This document shows positions 10,266 to 18,639 of a stretch of DNA of 64,000 nt, piece after piece. The stretch is from an uncultured Rhodospirillales bacterium (lineage in GTDB: Bacteria > Pseudomonadota > Alphaproteobacteria > CAAGCB01 > CAG-977), in assembly GCA_902777205.1 (NCBI GenBank), contig CACYSU010000005.1:9362-73361 (forward strand), read 5' to 3'. How positions within the stretch are numbered: position 1 is the stretch's first letter; each line of letters opens with the position of its first letter. The notes under the pieces were generated by a model. The model saw only the letters and a program-made list of their open reading frames with translations, searched no databases and was not told the DNA's origin. Both the position numbers and the translations under genes were made by a program.

Positions 10266-11374
10266 GGATTTTTATCCGGAACGATGTCAATGACGACGTA
10301 TTCGGATTTGGTGCCCGTTTTAAATTTGATCGCCCAATCGGACAGTCCCGACGTGACGATGAAATCCGTGTTTTCGCGACGCTCGAACCCATAAGTTTTG
10401 TCGTTCGCGCCGATCCATACGCCGACATCGTTCAGCGGGAAAATCTGCCCGCCGTGGGTGTGTCCCGACAGCACCAGATCGACGCCGGATTCCGCCTGCT
10501 TTTTATAATCGTTCGGCTGGTGATCCAAAACGGCGGCGTATTTCGACCGATCCAAACCTTTGACCAAACCGGCCATTTCCGCCCGTACGCCGCCGCGGTA
10601 TTTTTCGCCAGCGTCCTGCCGCCCGATCAAAACGATGTCGTCGCGGATCGGGGCGGTTTCATCCTGCAAAACGGTCACGCCGTTCTTTTCCAATTCGGCG
10701 ATCAGGTCGTCGCCCGTGAAACCGCGGCGTTTCGGATCGTAATACCCTTTGTCGTGATTGCCGAAAACAAAGAAAACGCCGTGCTTCGTTTTCATTTCGC
10801 CCAACGCTTCGGCGGCCGCGACCATATCGGCGCGGGAGGTGCCGTCGTCAACGAAATCGCCGACAATGACGACGACATCCGGATTTTCGGTCTGCATGGT
10901 TCGGATGTGTTTGGCGAATCCTTTGCCGTCAAACGTCGTGCCGATGTGCGAATCGGCGAATTGGACGATGCGGATCGGGGCGGAAACTTTCGGCGACGCA
11001 ATCGTGTAGCGCGTCGCCCACACGCCGTGGTCAAGCGCCCAGCCCGCCGTCAAAACGGCAACGCTGAAAACGACGGCAACCCAACCGGCGTAATAACGCT
11101 TTTGCGGTTTTTTGAAAAACAGGGCGGCAAAGTCGCAGATCAGCCAGACGCCCGTGAAATGGATCAGGCAGACGATCGCGTTCATCGTGTTCAACACGGC
11201 GCACAAAACGCCGAACAGGGCGGCGACGGCCATAAAATCGAATGTGTAGGCCAAAATCCGCTTGTCCGTGAATTTGCGCGACATGCCGAATTTGTACAGA
11301 CGGGACGCCAGATATAAAACGCCGAAGGCGGTTGCAATCATTGTAACGGTAAAGATGACCAGCCACATTTTCAT
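10262..11374 (-). CDS. Membrane-anchored calcineurin-like metallophosphoesterase
   Basis: N-terminal TM helices are followed by the metallophosphatase motifs QFADSHIG, GDFVDDG, GNHD and GHTHGG. Its start overlaps the stop of the upstream polyferredoxin gene as ATGA (11371-11374). Confidence 0.8.
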   Translation of the reverse strand: MKMWLVIFTVTMIATAFGVLYLASRLYKFGMSRKFTDKRILAYTFDFMAVAALFGVLCAVLNTMNAIVCLIHFTGVWLICDFAALFFKKPQKRYYAGWVAVVFSVAVLTAGWALDHGVWATRYTIASPKVSAPIRIVQFADSHIGTTFDGKGFAKHIRTMQTENPDVVVIVGDFVDDGTSRADMVAAAEALGEMKTKHGVFFVFGNHDKGYYDPKRRGFTGDDLIAELEKNGVTVLQDETAPIRDDIVLIGRQDAGEKYRGGVRAEMAGLVKGLDRSKYAAVLDHQPNDYKKQAESGVDLVLSGHTHGGQIFPLNDVGVWIGANDKTYGFERRENTDFIVTSGLSDWAIKFKTGTKSEYVVIDIVPDKNP

Positions 11375-12642
11375 TTTTGCAAAATCCTTTGTTCAAAAAC
11401 GGGTTCGACGAAAATCGCCTGAACGGGGCAGGCGTTTTGACACGCGCCGCATCCGACGCATTTGTCCGCGCTGATGCGGGGCGGTTCGCCGTCCGCGCGT
11501 TCGATGATTTGGCGCGGGCATTTCATGACGCACAGGCCGCACCGGACGCACGCGTCTTCGTCCACGCGCGCCACGCCGATCTGCGTTCTTTGCTTGACGG
11601 GCAGGGGCAGGCGTTCAATCGCGCCGGACGGGCAGACATCGCCGCATTCGTGACAGTCGAAAGCGCAGAAATTGTTTGAAATGTCCAGATGAACGGCGGG
11701 AAAGTTCCCGTCCGCCTTTTTCAAAATCTTCATCGGGCAGTTTTGAACGCACAGATTGCAGTTCAAACACCGGTTCGCCAGCCTTTGCGCGTTTTTCGCC
11801 CCCGCGGGCAGCAGGACGTTTTTGACTTTGGCGAACGCCTTTTTGCCCAACGCCGCGCCGCCGCCGATCATGGCCGCGAACAACGCCGCCGCCGCGCCCG
11901 CCCGCAGCATTTCGCGGCGATCCGGATCGGTCGGGGCGTCGCTCTTTGCCGCCTTGCCGTAGCGCAGGGCTTTCCTGCGGCAGGTGTTCAGGCATTTGAA
12001 ACATTTGACGCACGTTTCGTTGTCAACGGTTTTTGATTTGAAATCAATGCATCCCGCGGGGCATTTCATCGCGCACAATCCGCACGACACGCATTTGTCC
12101 GCGTCAACGGCGATTTTGCTGCGGGCGTGTTTGGAAATCAGCCCCAGCACCGCGCCGACGGGACACAGGTTCGTGCAGAACCGCCGCCCCTTGAACCAGA
12201 CCAGAACGGCCAAAACCGCCAGAAAGACCAGACCGAACGCCGCGCCCGACACCGCCGACACGAACATCGTGTAGGGTTCGATTTGCCGTAAAACCAGCGC
12301 GGAACCGCCGATCGTCGCGCCGAACGCCGCCGCGGCGATGAAATATTTGTACGCGCGGTTCTTTTGCGGTTTTTGTTTGCGGCGGAAAACGATCGTCAGC
12401 AGTTCCTGAAACAATCCCAGCGGGCAGACGGTCGAACAATACACCCGCCCGAACACGGCGGTGACGATTAAAACACCCGCCAGAACCACCGCCGCGCCCC
12501 ACGAAAACGCGGTCAGGTTCCTTTGGAACACGGCGGAAAACTGAACGTCGAACACTTTGACGGGATAAAACGCCCCCGTCATGCCGCCGACCAGCAGAAC
12601 GGCGATCAAAGCGGCGCAAATCAAACGGATTTTATACAGCAT
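11371..12642 (-). CDS. Membrane-bound polyferredoxin of the NapH/MauN/CcoG family (multiple 4Fe-4S clusters)
   Basis: Two CxxxCP motifs sit in the TM region (CSTVCPLG, CTNLCPVG). Six CxxCxxCxxxC(P) ferredoxin motifs follow: CVSCGLCAMKCP, CVKCFKCLNTC, CLNCNLCVQNCP, CHECGDVCP, CVRCGLCVMKCP and CVGCGACQNACP. I prefer the start at 12642 (MLYKIRL...) because AAGGA sits 8 nt upstream. The ORF track extends to 12684. Confidence 0.75.
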   Translation of the reverse strand: MLYKIRLICAALIAVLLVGGMTGAFYPVKVFDVQFSAVFQRNLTAFSWGAAVVLAGVLIVTAVFGRVYCSTVCPLGLFQELLTIVFRRKQKPQKNRAYKYFIAAAAFGATIGGSALVLRQIEPYTMFVSAVSGAAFGLVFLAVLAVLVWFKGRRFCTNLCPVGAVLGLISKHARSKIAVDADKCVSCGLCAMKCPAGCIDFKSKTVDNETCVKCFKCLNTCRRKALRYGKAAKSDAPTDPDRREMLRAGAAAALFAAMIGGGAALGKKAFAKVKNVLLPAGAKNAQRLANRCLNCNLCVQNCPMKILKKADGNFPAVHLDISNNFCAFDCHECGDVCPSGAIERLPLPVKQRTQIGVARVDEDACVRCGLCVMKCPRQIIERADGEPPRISADKCVGCGACQNACPVQAIFVEPVFEQRILQK

Positions 12643-12653
12643 GGCTTTAATCC

Positions 12654-13310
12654 TTACAAACCGCACAAAATCGCCGCGCCGCACGCCATGATCGTGCCGC
12701 CCGCGATTTCATGGGCGTATTGTTCCAAACGTTTGAAACGCATCGCGCTGATGCCCAGAACGCCGAACGCGACGGCGATCATCATCGTGGCGATGGTCGC
12801 GACGGAAAAGATGAGCGTCGAGGAAACGACGGCGGAAATGCCCATGACGCTGGCCGCGGTCAGGATCGGCAGCAACGCTTCGCACGGGCCCAGAACGAAA
12901 ATGATGAACAGCACCCAGACGGAAACGCTTTTGCCGTCGGCGGGGGTGATGAAATGCGTGTGTTCCGCGCCGTGTTTGTGCTGCCAGCGGTGTTTCAGCG
13001 CCCACAGCAGGTACGCCGCGCCCAGCCCGATCAGGGCGTAGGCCGCGATGTCGCCGCGGTTGTCTTCGATCCACATGAAATTTTCTTCGCTCAGCCAGCG
13101 GGAAAAGTAAATGAACGCCAGCGCGATCATCAGCGCGCTGACAATATGCCCGATGCCGCACACGAACGTCAGCGCCAGCGTTTTTTTCAGGCTGTATCCG
13201 CGGATCTTGCCAATGGCGACAAAGGGCAGGTAATGGTCGGGACCCGTTATCGTGTGAACGACCGCCGTTAAAAACGCCGTCGCCCACAAAGCCGTCAAAG
13301 TTGCCGTCAT
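12654..13310 (-). CDS. Putative Ni/Co transporter-like membrane protein (NicO/RcnA/UreH-like, with a His-rich loop)
   Basis: 218 aa with about 6 TM helices. It has a GPDHY motif near TM1 and a central His-rich loop (KHRWQHKHGAEHTHF), typical of Ni/Co permease or efflux families. I inferred the family from motifs only. Confidence 0.45.
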   Translation of the reverse strand: MTATLTALWATAFLTAVVHTITGPDHYLPFVAIGKIRGYSLKKTLALTFVCGIGHIVSALMIALAFIYFSRWLSEENFMWIEDNRGDIAAYALIGLGAAYLLWALKHRWQHKHGAEHTHFITPADGKSVSVWVLFIIFVLGPCEALLPILTAASVMGISAVVSSTLIFSVATIATMMIAVAFGVLGISAMRFKRLEQYAHEIAGGTIMACGAAILCGL

Positions 13311-14119
13311 AATTCATTTCCTTTCAAATCAAAATCAAAGCATCCGGAACGGAATCCGTCCAGATCCAAAGTCGTAAAGTCGAATCCCAGCCGTTTCATT
13401 TCCGCGGCGATTTCCGCGGCGCGCGCGGCCAAGGCCGGAATCGCGGGGGCGGACACTTCAATCCGCGCCAGATTTTTATGAACGCGCAGACGCACGTTTT
13501 GAACGTCGGGGAACAGATGTTTTAAAAACGCCTCGCCCTTTTCCACCCGTTCGATCGCGTCTTCGGTCAAAACCGTGTCGTATTCAAACCGCGTCGCCAG
13601 ACACGGGGCGGCGGGTTTCGACGCGGTCGGCAGCCCCAGCCGCGCGGACAGGGCGCGAATGTCGGCCTTTGAAAATCCCGACAGCGGGGAAAGGATTCCG
13701 GATTCCCTCAACGCCTTGCGTCCGGGGCGGTAGGCGTGCGCGTCGTCGCCGTTCGTGCCGTCGATGACGTGTTTGAACCCGTGTTCCGCCGCGTATGCCA
13801 GAAATTGGCCGAAAACCGCCTTTTTGCAATGATAACAGCGATCGACGCGGTTGCGGCGCACTTCGTCGATCGACAGCGGGTTGAACGTGAAAACGCGATG
13901 TTCGACGCCGAACCGTTCGGCAAAATCGGCGGCTTCGGCGGATTCGGCGGGCGGCTGCAGCACCGTCCGCATTGTCAGCGCGACAAGGGGGAACGGCCGT
14001 TCGCGCCGCATATCCGCCAGCACCGCCAGCAAAAGCGAGCTGTCAACCCCGCCCGAAAACGCCAGCGCGATTCCGTCGGCGCAAAGTGGTTCCAGCCGTT
14101 GTTTCAACGCGTCAAGCAT
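13307..14119 (-). CDS. larE: ATP-dependent sacrificial sulfur transferase LarE (PP-loop ATP pyrophosphatase)
   Basis: Contains the PP-loop SGGVDSS and the conserved catalytic Cys in AAPCLATRF. It is 270 aa. Its start overlaps the larC stop by 8 nt. Confidence 0.85.
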   Translation of the reverse strand: MLDALKQRLEPLCADGIALAFSGGVDSSLLLAVLADMRRERPFPLVALTMRTVLQPPAESAEAADFAERFGVEHRVFTFNPLSIDEVRRNRVDRCYHCKKAVFGQFLAYAAEHGFKHVIDGTNGDDAHAYRPGRKALRESGILSPLSGFSKADIRALSARLGLPTASKPAAPCLATRFEYDTVLTEDAIERVEKGEAFLKHLFPDVQNVRLRVHKNLARIEVSAPAIPALAARAAEIAAEMKRLGFDFTTLDLDGFRSGCFDFDLKGNEL

Positions 14120-15350
14120 TGTCGTTTTCCTTTGCCGCGCGCCGCGCCGCGTCGAAAATTTCGCGAAACGGCAGGCCGCAGGATTCCGCCGCCCGTTTGA
14201 CGCTTTCGTATTCGGGATTGTAGCGCGCGATGTCGCCCAGCGTGCATTTTTTGACCTCTATTTCGCCGCAGGGCAGGGCGACGCGCACGATTTCGCGATC
14301 CATGCACCGCCGTTCCACCGCGTATTTGCGCAGCCCGATCGTGGTCGTATTGCGGAAAATGATATCCTCCATCACGGGCAGGCGTTTCGAGGCCGCGACG
14401 ACGCGCAGCATATACGCGGGACGGTTCTTTTTCATAAAGCACGGTTCGAAATGCACGTCCGCCGCGCCCGCCGCGAACAGCTTTTCCATCGCCAATCCCA
14501 GCTCTTCGGCCGTCGAATCGTCAATGTTCGTTTCAATGACGTACATCTGATCCGCGTCCGTTTCGTCGTCGATCAGCATCGCCCGCAAAAAATTCGCGCG
14601 GTGAAAGTCGCGCTTGCCCAATCCGACGCCGGATTTTTTGATCTTGAACGACGCCGGCAGCTTTTCCGCCGTGCGGACGGCCGCGGCGATCGCGATGCCC
14701 GTCGGCGTCACCATTTCCCCGTCAACGTCCGTCGGGCGCAGAGGGACGCCGCGCGATTCGGCGATGTTCAAAACGGCGGGGACGGGCACGGGCAGGACGC
14801 CGTGCTGACAGGTGACGAAACCGCGTCCCTCGTTCAATCCGTCAACGATGACGTTTTTGACGCCCAGATCGTCGATCAAAACGGCGGCGGCGATGATGTC
14901 AACGATGGAATCGACCGCGCCGACTTCGTGAAAATGGACTTCCTCCACCGCGCAGCCGTGGGCTTTGGCTTCGGCCTCGGCGACGATTTGAAAGATTTTT
15001 TTCGCCAGATCGCGCGCCGCGGCGGTGATGTCCGCATGGTCGATGATGTGGAAAACGTCGGCCAAATGGCGGTGTTCGTGAGGGTGATGATCGTGGCTAT
15101 GGTCGTGATCGTGGTCGTGGTCATGGTCATGATCGTGGTGATGTTCCGCGCGCGTCAGCCGCACGTCGAAATCCAGCCCCGAAACGCCGTAGGACGATTT
15201 GCGTTCGACCGCCCAGTCGAATTCCCCCGCGGGCAGGCTGGCCAAAGCGGTTTTCAGCTTTTCGACGCTCGCCCCCAGATCCAGCAAAGCCGCGACGGTC
15301 ATGTCGCCGCTGATGCCGCTTTTGCCTTCCAGATACAGATATTCGGTCAT
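14112..15350 (-). CDS. larC: Nickel-pincer cofactor nickel insertase LarC (DUF111)
   Basis: YLYLEGKSGISGDM N-terminus, the HEVGAVDSIVDIIAA and TTTIGLRKY motifs, and a His-rich stretch (HHHDHDHDHDHDHSHDHHPHEH). I prefer the ATG at 15350, which overlaps the larB stop as ATGA. The ORF track starts at 15377. Confidence 0.85.
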   Translation of the reverse strand: MTEYLYLEGKSGISGDMTVAALLDLGASVEKLKTALASLPAGEFDWAVERKSSYGVSGLDFDVRLTRAEHHHDHDHDHDHDHDHSHDHHPHEHRHLADVFHIIDHADITAAARDLAKKIFQIVAEAEAKAHGCAVEEVHFHEVGAVDSIVDIIAAAVLIDDLGVKNVIVDGLNEGRGFVTCQHGVLPVPVPAVLNIAESRGVPLRPTDVDGEMVTPTGIAIAAAVRTAEKLPASFKIKKSGVGLGKRDFHRANFLRAMLIDDETDADQMYVIETNIDDSTAEELGLAMEKLFAAGAADVHFEPCFMKKNRPAYMLRVVAASKRLPVMEDIIFRNTTTIGLRKYAVERRCMDREIVRVALPCGEIEVKKCTLGDIARYNPEYESVKRAAESCGLPFREIFDAARRAAKENDNA

Positions 15351-16024
15351 TTGTGAATCCTTTGCAAAATTTTGCACGCCTGCACCGCCGCGCCGAAACC
15401 GTTGTCGATGTTGACGACGGAAATCCCTTCGGCGCAGGAATTCAGCATGGTCAATAACGCCGCCAGCCCGTGAAACGACGCGCCGTAACCGACCGATGTC
15501 GGCACCGCGATGACGGGCGCGTCCACCAATCCGGCGACGACGCTTGCCAGCGCGCCTTCCATGCCGGCGACGGCGATGACGACGTCGGCTTGGCGGATCG
15601 CGTCGATTTTCGACAGCAAACGGTGGATGCCCGCGACGCCGACATCAAAGTGCCGGTCAACCGCCGCTCCGAAAAACGCGGCGCAGACGGCGGCTTCCTC
15701 GGCGACGGGCAGGTCGGCCGTTCCGCCCGTGCACACGGCGATCCGGCCGTTCAGGCGTTTTTGTTCGCCGGCGTTCAGCGCGATCGTGCGGGAAGCGGCG
15801 TCGTATCGCGCCGCCACCCCCGCCGATTGAACGAAAGCCGCCTGTTCGGGCGAACAGCGCGTTCCCAGAACCCGACAGCCCTTGTTTGCAAAGGCCGCCA
15901 GTATTTTCGCCAGCTGTTCGTTCGTTTTGCCCGCGCAATAAACGGTTTCGGGCAATCCCGTGCGGTCGGCGCGGGTCGTGTCCAGCTTGGCGAATCCCAA
16001 ATCTTCAAACGCGTTGTCCGTCAT
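15347..16024 (-). CDS. larB: Pyridinium-3,5-biscarboxylic acid mononucleotide synthase LarB (PurE-like)
   Basis: GGTADLPVAEEA, VIAVAGMEGALASVV, VIAVPTSVGYG and VVNIDNGFGAA are the LarB/PurE-like signature blocks. It is 225 aa. Confidence 0.85.
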   Translation of the reverse strand: MTDNAFEDLGFAKLDTTRADRTGLPETVYCAGKTNEQLAKILAAFANKGCRVLGTRCSPEQAAFVQSAGVAARYDAASRTIALNAGEQKRLNGRIAVCTGGTADLPVAEEAAVCAAFFGAAVDRHFDVGVAGIHRLLSKIDAIRQADVVIAVAGMEGALASVVAGLVDAPVIAVPTSVGYGASFHGLAALLTMLNSCAEGISVVNIDNGFGAAVQACKILQRIHK

Positions 16025-16028
16025 GGTT

Positions 16029-17267
16029 TCACCCCTCGAACGTTTTGGCGACTTCTTTCATCCATTGACTGATTTCGATGTGCTGCGGACAATGCTTTTC
16101 GCACATTCTGCACCCGATGCAGGACGACGCCTTGCCGTGTTCCTTGATCAGGTTGGCGTAATACATGCGCTGGGCATTGAACGGTTTGTCCGAACGTTCC
16201 TGCTTTTCCGCGTTGTACAGCGCGAAATAGTCGGGGATCGCGATTTTCATCGGACAGAATTCGACGCAGTACCGGCACGCCGTGCAGGGGATCGCGATTT
16301 CGTCGTGCAAGGTCTTGATCGCTTTTTCGATCGTGCGCGTTTCCGCGTCGTCCAGCGGTTTGAAATTTTGCATATAGGACGTGTTGTCCAACAGCTGTTC
16401 CATATTGCTCATGCCGCTTAAAACCATCATGACGCCGGGCAGGGACGCGACATAGCGGATCGCCCACGACGCGACGGACATATCGGGTTCGGCGTCCTTG
16501 AAAATCTTTTCAACCGACGGGGGTACCATGGCCAGCGAACCGCCCTTGACGGGTTCCATGACGACGACGGGTTTGTTGTATTTCTGCGCGATTTCATAGC
16601 ATTTGCGCGATTGGATGCTGGGGTTGTCCCAGTCGATGTAGTTGATTTGCAGCTGGACGAAATCGACTTCGGGGTGGGCTTTCAACACCTGTTCCAACAA
16701 ATCGGCCTTGTCATGGAACGAAAAACCGATGTTTTTGATTTTGCCTTCTTTTTTCTTCTGCGCGATGAAACCGAAGCAGTCGTATTTGTCAACGTTGGGC
16801 AAAGTCGTCGCGTTGACGTTGTGAACCAGATAGTAATCGAAATAATCCAGTCCCGTTTTTTCCAGCTGTTTGTTGAAAATGGTTTCGCGATCCTCCGCGC
16901 TTTTCAAATAACCGGCGGGCAGCTTGCTGGCGACGGTGAACGTGTTGCGCGGGTGGCGTTTGACCAGCGATTCGCGGATGGCGATTTCGCTTTCATATCC
17001 CATGTACATCCATGCGGTGTCGAAATAGGTGAATCCGCGTTCCATGAACGTGTCCACCATTTTGTTCAGCGTTTCATAGTCGATGGCCGTCTGGTCGTCG
17101 GGGTTTTTCAGCGGCAGGCGCATAAACCCGAACCCCAGTTTGTTTTTGGGGTTGACCTTGTCTTTGACCGATTGCGAAACAGGGATCGTTTCCGCCAGCG
17201 TCAGTTTGGGCAAAGCCGTCAGGGCGAACGTGGCCAGCGTGCTCATCAAAAATTGTCTTCTGTTCAT
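16029..17267 (-). CDS. Tat-exported aldo/keto reductase fused to a C-terminal 4Fe-4S ferredoxin domain
   Basis: The real start is at 17267 ([27 protein letters not shown], a twin-arginine signal) with GGAGG 8 nt upstream. The ORF-track extension to 18305 is an open high-GC frame. The protein has an AKR TIM-barrel ([11 protein letters not shown] ... VMEP) and a C-terminal Cys-rich region ([12 protein letters not shown] ... [12 protein letters not shown]). Confidence 0.75.
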   Translation of the reverse strand: MNRRQFLMSTLATFALTALPKLTLAETIPVSQSVKDKVNPKNKLGFGFMRLPLKNPDDQTAIDYETLNKMVDTFMERGFTYFDTAWMYMGYESEIAIRESLVKRHPRNTFTVASKLPAGYLKSAEDRETIFNKQLEKTGLDYFDYYLVHNVNATTLPNVDKYDCFGFIAQKKKEGKIKNIGFSFHDKADLLEQVLKAHPEVDFVQLQINYIDWDNPSIQSRKCYEIAQKYNKPVVVMEPVKGGSLAMVPPSVEKIFKDAEPDMSVASWAIRYVASLPGVMMVLSGMSNMEQLLDNTSYMQNFKPLDDAETRTIEKAIKTLHDEIAIPCTACRYCVEFCPMKIAIPDYFALYNAEKQERSDKPFNAQRMYYANLIKEHGKASSCIGCRMCEKHCPQHIEISQWMKEVAKTFEG

Positions 17268-17349
17268 ATCGAAACCTCCAAGAATGATATGAAACAGGAT
17301 AGGTTTTAAAGCGAACTTTAAGTCAAGTGTTTTTTTGCAAAAAGGAAAA

Positions 17350-17368
17350 GGGGGCGCGCCCCCTTTTT
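17350..17368. terminator. Rho-independent terminator after rlmI, insulating the upstream edge of the lar operon
   Basis: GGGGGCGCGCCCCC palindromic stem followed by TTTTT, 16 nt downstream of the rlmI stop. Confidence 0.55.
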
Positions 17369-17383
17369 CCAACCGGCCGCGGA

Positions 17384-18592
17384 TCAGTCGATCTGGCAGA
17401 CCAGCATTTTCAAATACGCCGTTTCGGGCAGCAGCGGGTGGACGGGGTGGTCGGGGCCCGCGCCGGCCTGTAAAATGACGCGGCCGGTTTTGCCGGCTTC
17501 GGTCAATCCGCGCATACATTCGGTGAAAAACTCGTCGGGTTTGACATGGTGCGAACACGACCCCAATGCCAGAATGCCGTCTTTTTCCACCAATCCGGCG
17601 GCCAGACGGGCGACTTTGCGGTATCCGCGCAAACCGGCCTGAATGTCCTTTTTGACTTTGGCGAAAGCGGGGGGATCGCAAATCACGACGCCGAATTTTT
17701 CCTTGTCCCTGTTCATATTTTCCAAAACGTCGAAAGCGTTGTCCCTGATCCACGAACATTTGTCCTGCAATCCGTTGGCCGTTGCCGCCATTTGCGCCAA
17801 CGCCAAAGCGTTTTCGGAACGATCGACGCCGATAACCTCTTTGGCGTGGCCGATCCCCGTGTGCAGGGCGAATCCGCCCGCGTAGGTGTAAAAGTCGATG
17901 CACCGTCTGTTCGGCGCCAGACGGCCGACAAAGGAACGGTTTTCGCGCTGGTCGTAAAACCATCCGGTTTTCTGCCCCTCTTTCAAATCGGCGAAAAAGG
18001 AGATGCCGTTTTCGCACACGGGCACAACGTCGGGCAGGGCGCCTTTGGCCACTTCGTACAGCGGATCCAATCCCTCCAGCGCGCGGGCGGAGCTTTCGGC
18101 GCGCAAAACGATGCAGGACGGGCGCAGCACTTCGTCCAGCGCGGCGACGATTTCGTTTTTCAGCGCGTCCGTCCCCGCCGTGTTCAGCTGGCAGGCGACG
18201 ATGTCGTCGAACCGGTCGATGACCAGCCCCGGCAGGCCGTCGCCTTCGGAATGAACCATGCGGTAGAACGGCGAATTGACCAATGCGTCGCGCAATGTGA
18301 CGCACCGGCGGAATTTTTTGGCGAAAAAGGAGGCGTCGATCGCGGTTTGCGGATCGGCCGCCATTTTGCGGAACGAAATCAGCGAATGGGGATTGAACGA
18401 ACCGACTCCGATAAACGTGTCGGCCGCGTCATGCAGGCGAACCAACGTCCCCGCGGGAATGTTTTTGGTTTCGGCGGTCATGTCGATTTCGTTCGAGAAA
18501 ACCCACGGACTGCCGGATTTCGCGCGTTTGGCGCACCCTTGTTTCATCTTTACGACGGGATAATTTGTATTTTTCATGGCGTTTGTGTTCAA
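17384..18592 (-). CDS. rlmI: Class I SAM-dependent 23S rRNA methyltransferase (RlmI/RlmK-like, PUA-like N-terminal domain)
   Basis: 402 aa. An N-terminal PUA-like domain is followed by a Rossmann SAM-binding fold ([18 protein letters not shown]). Confidence 0.7.
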   Translation of the reverse strand: MNTNAMKNTNYPVVKMKQGCAKRAKSGSPWVFSNEIDMTAETKNIPAGTLVRLHDAADTFIGVGSFNPHSLISFRKMAADPQTAIDASFFAKKFRRCVTLRDALVNSPFYRMVHSEGDGLPGLVIDRFDDIVACQLNTAGTDALKNEIVAALDEVLRPSCIVLRAESSARALEGLDPLYEVAKGALPDVVPVCENGISFFADLKEGQKTGWFYDQRENRSFVGRLAPNRRCIDFYTYAGGFALHTGIGHAKEVIGVDRSENALALAQMAATANGLQDKCSWIRDNAFDVLENMNRDKEKFGVVICDPPAFAKVKKDIQAGLRGYRKVARLAAGLVEKDGILALGSCSHHVKPDEFFTECMRGLTEAGKTGRVILQAGAGPDHPVHPLLPETAYLKMLVCQID

Positions 18593-18639
18593 CCTCTTTT
18601 AAACTGCATGAAAACGTTTTTAACACGACAGAGGCGCAA

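Noticed and set aside
14876-15130. Short tandem repeats (catgaccac/gatcac-type hexamers) that resemble a repeat array.
   Set aside because: They encode the His/Asp-rich HDHDHDHDHDHSHDHH linker of LarC. They are in-frame coding repeats with no spacer structure.
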